Assembly (NCBI GenBank): GCA_964416155.1
Contig: CAYQCW010000001.1
Coordinates: forward strand, 1 to 64,000
Origin: an uncultured Nitrososphaerota archaeon
GTDB taxonomy: Archaea > Thermoproteota > EX4484-205 > JAAOZP01
Length of the DNA stretch: 64,000 nt
Direction: 5' to 3'
Shown piece after piece: positions 37,679-47,425 of the stretch (positions within the stretch are counted from its first letter, which is position 1; each line of letters starts with the position of its first letter). Below the pieces are notes generated by a model that was not told the DNA's origin, did no database searches, and saw only the letters and a list, made by a program, of their open reading frames with translations. Made by a program: the position numbers and the translations under genes.

Positions 37679-38566
37679 CTACTCTTCTGTTCTAAGCCTA
37701 GGGTTAAACACTTCTTCAAGAGCTGACGATATTAGGACTAGGCCCGTCTGGAGCAGAACTATGCATACGATGGGGGAGAAGAGGTAAATCCATGCTTTCG
37801 GGTTGAGTAGCGCGCTATCAGCCATTGCAATGTTTATCATGACACCCCAGTTTACGGAGGTGAATCTCAGAATCCCCAGAGAGAAAAGTATCACTTGAGA
37901 ATATATGGCGCCGGTGAGCGCTAGGAAGAAGTTCATCACCAAGTATGGCATCAGGTTGGGTATTATTTCTCTGAAGATTATGTGGAGACTACCTAGGTTC
38001 AGGCACCTAGCCGCCTCTATGAACGGCCTTTCTCTGAGAGCAAGCACCTGAGACCTGATTGCCCTAGCAGTACCCGGCCACTGGACGACGCCTATTATGA
38101 GCGAGACTTCAAACAGGGTTAGCTCCCTGCCAGCCGGGAGTATTGCAGCTATGAGCAGTAGGAGCGGGTATTGTGGAAGTATTAGGAATATTTCGGTAAT
38201 CCTCATCAGCACCTCGTCGAACAGGCCGCCCAGCATGCCGGATGAAACACCTATGACGGTAGCGATGAATATGGTTACTACGCCGGTTAACGTGGCGATG
38301 GTCAAAGCATCCCGGGAGCCGTTTATTATCTGCATAAGCACATCCCTCCCATACGGGTCTGTGCCTAAAGGATGCTGCCAGGAAGGCTGGAGATACCTTT
38401 TCGCAGGGTAAGCCCTGATGTCTAGAGGGAAGAAGAAAGGACCGATAAGCGCCATGAGTGTAAAGAAAACAACTATTATTAGGCCCGCCATTGCTGTAGG
38501 CCTCCTCCTGAACACTTTTAAAGCATATTTTAACCGTTTAAACAGCCCTGATTTCCCACTGATCAA
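37679..38566 (-). CDS. ABC transporter permease (OppC/DppC-like)
   Basis: HPLGTDPYGRD, EAA loop (FIEAARCLN), NPRLR. Confidence 0.93.
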   Translation of the reverse strand: MISGKSGLFKRLKYALKVFRRRPTAMAGLIIVVFFTLMALIGPFFFPLDIRAYPAKRYLQPSWQHPLGTDPYGRDVLMQIINGSRDALTIATLTGVVTIFIATVIGVSSGMLGGLFDEVLMRITEIFLILPQYPLLLLIAAILPAGRELTLFEVSLIIGVVQWPGTARAIRSQVLALRERPFIEAARCLNLGSLHIIFREIIPNLMPYLVMNFFLALTGAIYSQVILFSLGILRFTSVNWGVMINIAMADSALLNPKAWIYLFSPIVCIVLLQTGLVLISSALEEVFNPRLRTEE

Positions 38567-38578
38567 TTCTCCTCACCC

Positions 38579-39568
38579 CTATTCAAATCTTATCCTTGGA
38601 TCAAGCCTGCTGTAAAGCAGGTCGGCGAGAAGGTTGCCCAGTATGGTAGCGACGGAAGTTATGAGGAAGCATCCTGTTACCAGAGGATAGTCCCTCATCG
38701 AAACCCCGATGGTGAGAAACCTGCCGACGCCAGGGTATAGGAAAAGGTTTTCGATGAGAAGCGCACCTCCGAACATGAACCCCAAGGATATTGCGAACCG
38801 GGTGAACAATGGAAGCACCGCGTTCCTCCCCACGTATGTTGTGACTATCCTTCTATCCTTCAAACCCCGTGCTTCAGCAGCAGTCACGTAGTACTCCCCT
38901 AGAACCGAGATCGTGCTGCTCTTCATCATGAGAACCCAAGACCCTATGCTCGTAAGAACGTACGTCAGGACCGGTAGAGCAGCGTGGCGTAGTACGCTCG
39001 TGATGAACTCTAGGTTAAACTTTGAAGGGTCTACCCTCGGACCGTATGGGCCCAATTCCTTCGGAAACCATCCTAACTGTATTGCTAAACCCCATATTAG
39101 GAAGAAGCCGAGGATGTTTTGAGGCATGGCAGTGGTAATCGAGGAGTAGAAAGACATTATCTTGTCAAGCAGAGAACCTCTTTTGTAAGCTATGTACATT
39201 CCTATTACGATCCCCAGGAGGAAGCTTATCACGAGCGATATTGACAGGGAGAAGACTGTCCAAGGAATAGCGTAGCCAAGTATTCTCGTAATGGGTTGAG
39301 CAAGCGTGAACGAGTATCCGAAGTCCCCCCTCAGAATCCCTTTTAAGAAATCTATATATTGCTCGTGAAGAGGAGCCGTCGGGACGAAGGGAACCATCAT
39401 TAAGACCCTTGACAAAGCCTCTTCGTACGAATACCCTAGTGAAAGGTAGTAGTTAATCATCAAATCCACGGGATTTCCTGGAATAACCCTGTAGAGGAAG
39501 AAGGTTATCGTTAAGGCGCAGAATAGGGTTATAACGGATAGAACTGCCTTCCTAACTATCCACCTCAT
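38579..39568 (-). CDS. ABC transporter permease (OppB/DppB-like)
   Basis: PGNP, GDFGYS, YVTAAEARGL, E.LF.YPG.G, RDYP, LDPRI. Confidence 0.93.
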   Translation of the reverse strand: MRWIVRKAVLSVITLFCALTITFFLYRVIPGNPVDLMINYYLSLGYSYEEALSRVLMMVPFVPTAPLHEQYIDFLKGILRGDFGYSFTLAQPITRILGYAIPWTVFSLSISLVISFLLGIVIGMYIAYKRGSLLDKIMSFYSSITTAMPQNILGFFLIWGLAIQLGWFPKELGPYGPRVDPSKFNLEFITSVLRHAALPVLTYVLTSIGSWVLMMKSSTISVLGEYYVTAAEARGLKDRRIVTTYVGRNAVLPLFTRFAISLGFMFGGALLIENLFLYPGVGRFLTIGVSMRDYPLVTGCFLITSVATILGNLLADLLYSRLDPRIRFE

Positions 39569-39578
39569 TTACACTAGG

Positions 39579-39600
39579 GAGGAAAAAGGGGGTAAAAAAA
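39579..39600 (-). terminator. Oligo-T/pyrimidine tract after the solute-binding protein gene (archaeal-type intrinsic terminator)
   Basis: Minus strand TTTTTTTACCCCCTTTTTCCTC about 25 nt after the SBP stop, before the permease. Confidence 0.55.
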
Positions 39601-39622
39601 GTTTTCTGACGAGCGGGTTTAG

Positions 39623-41914
39623 CTACTTACCTCTCCTCTTAAGGAGGAAGTAGGCTGCAGCCGCTATTATCGCTATGACTAAGACTATGCCTACGTACAT
39701 CTCATAGGGTATTCTTGTGAACACTGCCTTAACCGTGTGATCAGCATCCATCCTTATTGTCAACGTGGTACTGGTTCCAGCCGGAGAACCATCTACCTCC
39801 CACCTCTCGAAGTTGTATCCGCTTGAAGGAGTAGCAGTTATAGTGACTGTTTGACCAGTTTCATACTCGTGTGAGCCGGGAGCGATGCTGAGCGTCCCTC
39901 CCTCCACAGGCAGAACCGTAAGCGTCTTGTAGAGTATTGCGCTGAAGACTGCTTTAACCCTGCGAGACTTATCCATCTTTATTGTTAACGTTTCATTGGT
40001 TCCAGCTGGTGAGCCGTCGATCTCCCATCTCGCAAACCTGTAGCGGCTTGCAGGAGTAGCAGTGATAGTGACTGTGTCACCCTTGCCGTATTCATAACGT
40101 CCGGGGGGGATGCTAAGTGTTCCACCAACCACGCTTTCAATCGTCAGGTTAACCTTTGGCTTAAGCCAGCCGAAAGCGAACAATGGTCTCAGGCCGTGAA
40201 GCTCGTAGGAGCCTAGGCCGTTCCAGTATCCTGGGTCGGTTGGGAAGACGAACCTCTTATCCATGAGTATTACCACCGCGGGCTGGTAAAGGTTTATGAC
40301 CGGGACCTGGTCCCCAGTTATGTAGGATAGCGTGGAGTATATCTCGGTTAATTGAGCCTTGCTAATCTGGGCTGGGAACAAGTTTATGTCCAGCGCTAGC
40401 TTCGTAACGTTAACACGCTGAGTCTTCCAGGGCACAGAGTGCATCCGGCCCCAAGTTTTCGCAGGGTCGTGGCCGGCATATAGGGCTATGTACTTATGGT
40501 AGTACTCGTCGAACGAGAATCCGGGTGAGCCGTAGACTCCTCCAGTAAGGTCGTAAGCACCCCTGTAGAACACGTCTGTCCAAACAGCGGAGTCGACGAC
40601 CTGAACGTTAATCTTTATGCCGACCTTCTCCAGCTGAGCCTTCAGGTTCTCAGCCGCGGGCGCGTTGATCCATGTTCCACCGGTGGTCAGTGTGAACTCA
40701 AGCCTCGTGCCGTTGGGCGTGACGTATACTCCGTCAGCACCCCTCTTGAAGCCTAGGCCCTGCAGGATCTGCTCAGCCTTAGCAGGGTTATACTCGTACT
40801 TGAAGTCTTTAAGCCACTTGTCTATGAAGCTCTGGTTCAAGAATCTCGTCAAGTCCGGCACGTGGAAGCCTATCACGTACGCGGAGGGGACGCATCCACC
40901 AGTATACTGGACCCAGCCCACCTCGCTCCTGTTTATCGCGTAGGCTAAAGCACGCCTCACTTCCACGACGCTCAACGGGTACTTAGCCTTGTTAATGTAG
41001 AGGGTTACACCGACAGGCCTAGGTATCCTAATAGTCCAAGCATACGGGTTCTCTGTTACTAGCCTCCGCACCAAGTCGGGGCTAGGCGAAATGGCCCAGA
41101 CGTAATGGGCCTCACCCCTTATCAACGCTTCCCACAGCAGGTCTGACGTAGCATACCTTACCAAGCGTATCTCGTCTATCGGGGGCTTGCCGTTCCAGTA
41201 GTTTTCGAAGGCTTCGAGCACTATCATCGTCTCAGTGACGCTCTTAATCTTGTAGGGGCCGCAGCCTGTTACTGTTTCAGGCCTAAACTGGTTCAGCTCG
41301 TTAATAAGGTCTTGGAAGTCCTCTGTCTTCGCGAAAATGTCCTTACCCTCCTTTATTCTCTGCTGAACCTTATCAGAGATGCTCCCGTATTGAGTATAGG
41401 AGACTATCATCCAGTGCCATAGTATGTAGAACACCGGGTAATCTGTCTTCTCCTTGAAGGTGAACTTTATCGTGTAGTCGTCGATGACCTGAACATCCTT
41501 AATATAGTACCATAGCCTGTCCTTAAGAAGGTAGACGCAGTATAGTGTTGCCAGAACATCCTTGTATGTCAGCTCATGGCCGTCGTGGAACTTAACCCCC
41601 TTCCTCAGCTTAACCTGGAACCACATGTAGTCCGGGTCAAGTTGCCAGTTCTCCGCGACACAAGGTATGTAGGTGCCGTTAGCAGCGAAGTAGTGTGTCA
41701 TAAGCTCGAAAATCCAGTCGAAAACCCCAATACTGCCGCCTATGAAATAGTTGAAGTGTCCGACAGGAGGCGGGTTGTAGCCGAAGGGTCTGATCCAAAT
41801 CGACTTCTCCTCCTGAGCAGTAACGGTCTTGATGGGTGTGAAAGATTGTGGAGCCATGCTTATTAAAAGCATGATGCAGATCAATCCTGATGCAAGTATT
41901 CGCCATGCTTTCAT
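39623..41914 (-). CDS. ABC family-5 solute-binding protein with two Ig-like/InlB-B-type repeats and a C-terminal TM anchor
   Basis: Signal peptide, LRKGVKFHDG..LT..DV, GCGPY, VRRALAYAINR; two ~70-aa repeats TVTITATP..Y.F.RW..DG; TM helix followed by KRRGK. Confidence 0.93.
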   Translation of the reverse strand: MKAWRILASGLICIMLLISMAPQSFTPIKTVTAQEEKSIWIRPFGYNPPPVGHFNYFIGGSIGVFDWIFELMTHYFAANGTYIPCVAENWQLDPDYMWFQVKLRKGVKFHDGHELTYKDVLATLYCVYLLKDRLWYYIKDVQVIDDYTIKFTFKEKTDYPVFYILWHWMIVSYTQYGSISDKVQQRIKEGKDIFAKTEDFQDLINELNQFRPETVTGCGPYKIKSVTETMIVLEAFENYWNGKPPIDEIRLVRYATSDLLWEALIRGEAHYVWAISPSPDLVRRLVTENPYAWTIRIPRPVGVTLYINKAKYPLSVVEVRRALAYAINRSEVGWVQYTGGCVPSAYVIGFHVPDLTRFLNQSFIDKWLKDFKYEYNPAKAEQILQGLGFKRGADGVYVTPNGTRLEFTLTTGGTWINAPAAENLKAQLEKVGIKINVQVVDSAVWTDVFYRGAYDLTGGVYGSPGFSFDEYYHKYIALYAGHDPAKTWGRMHSVPWKTQRVNVTKLALDINLFPAQISKAQLTEIYSTLSYITGDQVPVINLYQPAVVILMDKRFVFPTDPGYWNGLGSYELHGLRPLFAFGWLKPKVNLTIESVVGGTLSIPPGRYEYGKGDTVTITATPASRYRFARWEIDGSPAGTNETLTIKMDKSRRVKAVFSAILYKTLTVLPVEGGTLSIAPGSHEYETGQTVTITATPSSGYNFERWEVDGSPAGTSTTLTIRMDADHTVKAVFTRIPYEMYVGIVLVIAIIAAAAYFLLKRRGK

Positions 41915-41949
41915 ACCATTTCACCAAAATAGGGAGGATTAGGGTCCTA

Positions 41950-41974
41950 TATAAAGGTTTATCCCTATAAAGGT
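41950..41974 (-). promoter_or_regulatory. Tandem ACCTTTATA boxes upstream of the SBP gene (probable internal TATA promoter)
   Basis: TATAAAGGT occurs twice (41950-41958 and 41966-41974) on the + strand; a GGTGA RBS precedes the SBP start. Confidence 0.55.
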
Positions 41975-42007
41975 CTATTTTCATTAAGAAACAAGAATTC
42001 TTAGTAG

Positions 42008-43012
42008 CTAGTGGACGAACCTCTCGGCAAAATGGCATGCAACAAGTCTTGAATCGAAGGCTCTAAGCTCAGGAACTTTTTCCTCGCAAACCTTTTCGAC
42101 ATAGGGGCAGCGCGGGTGGAACTTGCAGCCGCTCGGCACCTGTTCAAGCCGGGGAACCTCGAGGCTCCTAAGATTAGGAGGGGGTCTGCTTCTAGTCAGC
42201 CTAGGATCTGGCAGAGATATGGCTGTCATCATGACTTGAGTGTAGGGGTGTATGGGCCTCTGTATTACTGAGTCGCCCTCTCCAGCCTCAACTATGCTCC
42301 CCAAGTACATCATTGCAACCTTGCCACTGCCTTTAAGAATAAAGTATCTTGCTATTCCCAAGTCATGGGTGATGAAGAGATAAGACATTCCGAATTTCTT
42401 CTGAAGCTCGAGCATAAGGTCAATAGCCCCAAGCCTTAGAGAAGCATCGAGCATCGAGACAGCCTCATCCGCAACAATGTATTTAGGCCTTAGCGAAACC
42501 GCCCTGGCGAGTATTATTCTCTGCATCTGTCCCCCGCTCATCCTCGCAGGATACCTGTTGAGAAAGTCTTCAGGGGGGGTTAACCCAACCATGGTCAAGA
42601 GCTCCCTCAGTCTTTCATAGGCAGCCTTCCGGTTGGGCACTTCCTTGTTCCTGAGCAGCGGAGGAGCCAGAGATTGTAAAATGGTTCTGACAGGGTTTAG
42701 ACTGGTGTAAGGGTCCTGGTGGATTATCTGAGCATTCCTCCTGAATTTGGCAAACTCCTCCTTCTTCATAGACCAGATGTCCTTCCCTTCGAACGGTATA
42801 GTTCCGGAGTCTGGTTTCAGCAATCCCAGCGTCAGCTTGCCAAGAGTGCTTTTCCCACAGCCGCTTTCACCCACTAGCGCCACGTTTTCAACCCTGCCAA
42901 TTTCAAGCGACACGTTGTCAACAGCTCTCACAGCCTTCTTGGGCGAGAATAAACCACCCTTGACGAATTCCTTAGTAACATTAACGATTTTCAAAAGCGG
43001 TTCTTCGCTCAA
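42008..43012 (-). CDS. ABC transporter ATPase (OppF/DppF-like)
   Basis: GESGCGKST, MSGGQMQR, ADEAVSMLD, HPYT, GCKFHPRC. Confidence 0.95.
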   Translation of the reverse strand: MSEEPLLKIVNVTKEFVKGGLFSPKKAVRAVDNVSLEIGRVENVALVGESGCGKSTLGKLTLGLLKPDSGTIPFEGKDIWSMKKEEFAKFRRNAQIIHQDPYTSLNPVRTILQSLAPPLLRNKEVPNRKAAYERLRELLTMVGLTPPEDFLNRYPARMSGGQMQRIILARAVSLRPKYIVADEAVSMLDASLRLGAIDLMLELQKKFGMSYLFITHDLGIARYFILKGSGKVAMMYLGSIVEAGEGDSVIQRPIHPYTQVMMTAISLPDPRLTRSRPPPNLRSLEVPRLEQVPSGCKFHPRCPYVEKVCEEKVPELRAFDSRLVACHFAERFVH

Positions 43013-44004
43013 TTCAGCTCATGCCACCTGTGGCACGCCACTAGTGAAACATCATCCACCTGCTCCAGCTTCGGCCTTATCTTTGAACAGATTTCAACCC
43101 TATGTGGACACCGCGGGTGGAACTCGCACCCAGGCGGAGGGTTAACAGGATCCGGCAGTGGACCTGGAAGAGGCTTAAGCTCATCGATGCTTCCAACGAT
43201 GCTTGGAACAGCCTTAAGCAGGGCTCTCGTATACGGGTGCCTCGGCCTGTAGAAAATATCCTCCACGCCGGCCGCCTCAACTATTACCCCGCCATACATT
43301 ACTGCCACTCTGTCCGCAATCTCCGCAACCTGCGCCAAATCATGGGTTATGAATATCATCGATTTTCTGGTTTCCCGCCTAATGTCGACGAGAGTCTTCA
43401 TGAAGAATTTCTGTGTGAGCACGTCTAGGGCTGAGAAGGGCTCGTCTAGAATAAGGAGCTTAGGGTCCAGGAGCATCGCCATCGCGGCCACGGCGCGCTG
43501 CTTCATCCCGCCGCTCAGCTCGTGCGGATATCTTTCGAGAACAGCATCAGGGTCAAGCCTGACCATACGCATAAGCTCCTTTGAGCGTTCAACTATTTCC
43601 TCCTTGCTAGCCTTTTCATTATGAGCGTAAGTAGTGTCAAGCATGTGTTCGAAAACCCTAATAACAGGGTTGAAAGAATTGAAGGCGCCTTGGAAAACTA
43701 TCGCTATCTCCTTCCACCTGAAGCGTCTAAGCTCCTCCTTGCTCGTGCTCAAAATATCCTTTCCCTTAAACATTATTTTCCCGCCTGCAATACGCCCGTT
43801 AGGGTCAACTATCCTAAGTATTGTATGTGCTAGGACTGATTTACCGCAGCCGCTCTCGCCCACTAGGCCGAGAACCTCGTCATCGTAAACATCAATATCA
43901 AGGTTGTCCACAGCCCTCAATATTCCTCGTGGCACCCTGAATTCCACCGTAAGCCCCCTAATGCTTAACAGTACGTCTCTGTTTTTCCCCGCGGCTGATG
44001 ACAA
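43009..44004 (-). CDS. ABC transporter ATPase (OppD/DppD-like)
   Basis: GESGCGKS, YPHELSGGMKQR, LDEPFSALD, HPYT, GCEFHPRC. Confidence 0.95.
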   Translation of the reverse strand: MSSAAGKNRDVLLSIRGLTVEFRVPRGILRAVDNLDIDVYDDEVLGLVGESGCGKSVLAHTILRIVDPNGRIAGGKIMFKGKDILSTSKEELRRFRWKEIAIVFQGAFNSFNPVIRVFEHMLDTTYAHNEKASKEEIVERSKELMRMVRLDPDAVLERYPHELSGGMKQRAVAAMAMLLDPKLLILDEPFSALDVLTQKFFMKTLVDIRRETRKSMIFITHDLAQVAEIADRVAVMYGGVIVEAAGVEDIFYRPRHPYTRALLKAVPSIVGSIDELKPLPGPLPDPVNPPPGCEFHPRCPHRVEICSKIRPKLEQVDDVSLVACHRWHELN

Positions 44005-44114
44005 GAGTCCATGTGCGACGGAAAGAAGGGCATTAATAAATTTTAAGCGGTTCAGACCGTTAAGCCCAAATAGCGAAGGTAACGTTTATATTTAGACCCG
44101 GCAGCAGGGCTCCG

Positions 44115-44315
44115 ATGGACCCGGATACTGGGAGGCTAGCCCTAAACTTGGCCATGGTTTTCCTAGTGCTCGATTTAATAGCCTTACCATTTACAACAGT
44201 GGGTTCAGGAGAGTTCTACATAGCGTTGATAGGAATAATTATTCTAGCCCTGTTCATAACCCTAGTTTCCCTTGAAATAAGAAGGGAGATAAAAGCGGTG
44301 TCTATTGGCAAATAA
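44115..44315 (+). CDS. Small 2-TM membrane protein
   Basis: 66-aa ATG ORF with two hydrophobic helices; TTTATA box about 25 nt upstream. Confidence 0.65.
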   Translation: MDPDTGRLALNLAMVFLVLDLIALPFTTVGSGEFYIALIGIIILALFITLVSLEIRREIKAVSIGK

Positions 44316-44330
44316 TCTTAAAAGCTTTAA

Positions 44331-45701
44331 TCACTGTTTCTTTCTAATTCTCCTAATAATTAGGAGCCCGATTACGGCGACGACTACTACAGCCGCCACG
44401 ACTAGGAAAACCCATTCTGGAAGCCCGATGGAAACAGTGGATAAATCTGTTTTAACTTTGTTACCCTTTTGATCTCTTGCCTCCACGTAGTAGGACACCT
44501 CTGTGAAAGCGTTTTGACCAGGTATGTACGCTTCATATCTTCCGCCGGAAAAACCCATTACGAGCTTAGTCCAGCTTGCCCCGCCGTCAGTAGAGTAGTA
44601 TAAAGCCACCTCCCCAACACCTATGCCGATACTTGATACTACGGCAGACACTTTGATAACGTCTCCCATGACAGGGTTTTCCGGGCTTATAGAAATAGAC
44701 ACTATCTCCAGAGAATAGTTACCCGCTACGACGGTAACCTGTAGAGAACCTCCCACATAGTACCTTGGAGGATAGCCTTCCGCAGAAACGCTAAGCGTGT
44801 GGTTGCCCAGAGTAGTGTCCCGGTAATAGACAACGACCTGCGTCTCCCCGTCTCTTATAACTATCCTTTCCACAGGCTCGCCGCTAGGGGCCAGTGAGAA
44901 AACCCCTGTTCCGGATGACGTGGAAATCCTTACGGTTAGTGAGCCTATGTTAATCCAGTCCTGTTTAAATATTCTGTCCCCCCTTGCGACTAGTATGCCT
45001 TCTTGGGAAAGCCTCTTAATCGTTAAGCCGGCCCATTCCCCGGCTACGAGGGGCGTGCCCACTGTAATGTTAAGCTTTGGAGGCGTAAACTCTATGGTCA
45101 AATAAGGCCTCTTATCCTGCTCCCCGGATTCGCTTGAGATGAAAAAAGCCTCCTGAACCTCTTGAGAGTCCTCTGACTTATCAAATATCTCCCAGCCAAA
45201 GTTTGTCCAAGCATGCTCCTCTATTCCGTTTAGAACCTTCTGAACCTGCTCTCTAACATCCCAAACCACCCATCCGGGTGTTGTGGGGACATTGGATGAA
45301 GCGGCGAATGTCGATGAGGACCCAGGCTTTCTATTCCATGTTAACGACTCCTCGTCCCAAGCAGAGTTAAACCTGTAGCAAAGATAAGTTCTCTGCGAAG
45401 CCGGAGGCTTTGAAAGGTAGAGGAAAAGTTTTGCGCTCAGCACAGAAGCCCCCCAGGGGATTGTGGAGAGATTGAAGAAAACACAGGTCCTTGAATTCTT
45501 AGACCCTGAAGACCTCACCTTGAGATACTCGCTCACACCGTAAGAAGCATCGGGATTCTCCTGGTCAACATAAGTGTCGGCGGAAGCTTGGAAAACAGCC
45601 TCAACCTTCTCTTGGTCGCTGCGAACAATTAAAGCAGTGTTTAAAAATGCGATTATCAAAACTGTTAAAAACATCGTTCCACATAATCTTGTTTTAATCA
45701 T
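44331..45701 (-). CDS. Surface protein with DNRLRE/CBM96-like domain, Ig-like domains and C-terminal TM anchor
   Basis: Signal peptide, ADTYVD..NPD..YG, FNLS.IP.GA.V.SAKL.LY, WDE..LTWN, F.SSE...RP.L; YEAYIPG..VSYYVEA.D; TM followed by RRIRKK. Confidence 0.8.
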   Translation of the reverse strand: MIKTRLCGTMFLTVLIIAFLNTALIVRSDQEKVEAVFQASADTYVDQENPDASYGVSEYLKVRSSGSKNSRTCVFFNLSTIPWGASVLSAKLFLYLSKPPASQRTYLCYRFNSAWDEESLTWNRKPGSSSTFAASSNVPTTPGWVVWDVREQVQKVLNGIEEHAWTNFGWEIFDKSEDSQEVQEAFFISSESGEQDKRPYLTIEFTPPKLNITVGTPLVAGEWAGLTIKRLSQEGILVARGDRIFKQDWINIGSLTVRISTSSGTGVFSLAPSGEPVERIVIRDGETQVVVYYRDTTLGNHTLSVSAEGYPPRYYVGGSLQVTVVAGNYSLEIVSISISPENPVMGDVIKVSAVVSSIGIGVGEVALYYSTDGGASWTKLVMGFSGGRYEAYIPGQNAFTEVSYYVEARDQKGNKVKTDLSTVSIGLPEWVFLVVAAVVVVAVIGLLIIRRIRKKQ

Positions 45702-45827
45702 CCCTACTCTGTATAGTCGGCTTGCTAACAGCTTATAAAGATTTCATCTCTTTAAAAAGGTTAGAACCTTTCCAGCCTACGCCTACTTTAAAGATGCGTT
45801 TTAACGCTTTGGATTTTTTAAACCTGT

Positions 45828-46949
45828 ATGGGAAGAACAAAATTTATTAATGCTTCAAAAGCCTGGGAAAACGGTTTGAAGGCTTTGCAACCCTGCTATC
45901 CAAACAAAGAGATCAGGGATAACTATTTAAAGGCTTTAGAATACCGATATCCCGAATGGGTTCCATGCGGGGTTAACTTTTTACCGGGCGTTTGGAAAAA
46001 GTATCGGGAGAAGCTTGAAGCCATTCTGGTTAAACACCCACTTATCTTCGGCCAGTATGAAAAGGGCAATAGGGGTTTCGACGAGATGCCTCCTGTTTAC
46101 AGCCCAGGATTTTTCACGGATAACTGGGGATGCGTTTGGCACACGGTGAAAGAGGGTTTAGAGGGGCAGGTTGTTGGACACCCGTTAGCCGACTGGAAAG
46201 CGTTTGAAAACTATCAGCCTCCCGACCCCTTGTTGAAGTGGGAGAGGGGGGAAAGAGGAGAAGAATATTGGGGGGAAATCAAGAAGGCCTTTGCAGAACG
46301 CAGGAAGAAGGGTTTATTAACAGTGGGTAACGGGGAACGGCTTTTCGACCGCCTATACTTCTTAAGGGGATTTAAAAACCTGATGAGGGATATCGTTACT
46401 GACGAGCCTAACCTTCTAAGGCTGATAAACATGCTTTTAGACTATGAAATGAGGCTCGTTAAGAAGTGGCTTGAAATCGGCGTTGACGTCATAAGCTTCC
46501 ACACAGACATAGGGACGCAGAACGGTTTAATGATAAGCCCCGTGAAATTCCGAAAACACTTTAAACCAATGTTTAAAAGACTTTTCAGCACATGCAGGAA
46601 TGCAGGCGTCCACGTATACCTTTCTTCAGATGGTTGTCTTTTGGATATTGTTGACGACCTGATTGAATGCGGAGTTTCCGTGCACGATCCGCAGCTTCGA
46701 GCGAACACGCTGGACGGAATCGCCAGTGTTTACAAGGGTAGGCTGTGCATCGACCTAGACTTAGACAGGCAGACACTTCCCTTCAGCAGCCCCAAACATG
46801 TTAGAAGAATGGTTGAAGAGAGCGTGGAGAAACTGTATTTGCCGGAGGGCGGCTTGATGATCAAGGGAGAGGTTGGGCCTGACGTACCTTTAGAGAACAT
46901 TGAGGCTTTGTGTCAAGCCATGGAGGAGTTCTGCATAAGGTTAAGATAA
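45828..46949 (+). CDS. Uroporphyrinogen decarboxylase / MtaA-fold family protein
   Basis: TDNWGCVW, HPLADW, LYFLRGF.NLM, TDIGTQ, YLSSDG, DLDRQ, VPLENIEAL. Confidence 0.85.
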   Translation: MGRTKFINASKAWENGLKALQPCYPNKEIRDNYLKALEYRYPEWVPCGVNFLPGVWKKYREKLEAILVKHPLIFGQYEKGNRGFDEMPPVYSPGFFTDNWGCVWHTVKEGLEGQVVGHPLADWKAFENYQPPDPLLKWERGERGEEYWGEIKKAFAERRKKGLLTVGNGERLFDRLYFLRGFKNLMRDIVTDEPNLLRLINMLLDYEMRLVKKWLEIGVDVISFHTDIGTQNGLMISPVKFRKHFKPMFKRLFSTCRNAGVHVYLSSDGCLLDIVDDLIECGVSVHDPQLRANTLDGIASVYKGRLCIDLDLDRQTLPFSSPKHVRRMVEESVEKLYLPEGGLMIKGEVGPDVPLENIEALCQAMEEFCIRLR

Positions 46950-47019
46950 TTCCTAACCATGTTGAAAAACTTTTTTCCTGAAACCGTGAAACTATTTTTA
47001 AAGGATAGAAACCGTTTAG

Positions 47020-47299
47020 CACGCGCCCATTCCTTCCAGCTCCCTGTTCCTGGATCACATGGCTCGAGTCCTAGCTAGAGAAATAACGTCAACTTTAAAC
47101 ATGCTATTATTCCCCCGGCTCCGCTAACTGTTGACCAATATGGTAAACCTTTACGACACCATCCTCTAACCCAAGGTGTTTCTTCAGCCTCGCTTATGCT
47201 ACAGCCTTTATCCCGGTGGAAGGCATTAAGCCGAGATCTATTGGAACCCTGTCCAGCTCCTCATGTCTCAACGCGGTCAGAACCCTGATTTAGAGTCAT
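47020..47299 (-). pseudogene. 5' fragment of another URO-D/MtaA-fold gene, with stops and frameshifts
   Basis: Manual translation: IRVLTALRHEELDRVPIDLGLMPSTGIKAVA*ARLKKHLGL...VKVYHIGQQLAEP, then FKVDVISLAR in another frame. Not in the ORF track. Confidence 0.75.
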
Positions 47300-47425
47300 A
47301 CGTTTAAGGAACAGTTTATTGGATCAGAGAAGCGGGATACCGGGGTGAAAACCCTTTAACTCTTAAGAGGTTTTTCTCAAGCATGATCGCAAAACGCTTA
47401 TATTTCATCCAAGAATCTTGGCTGT

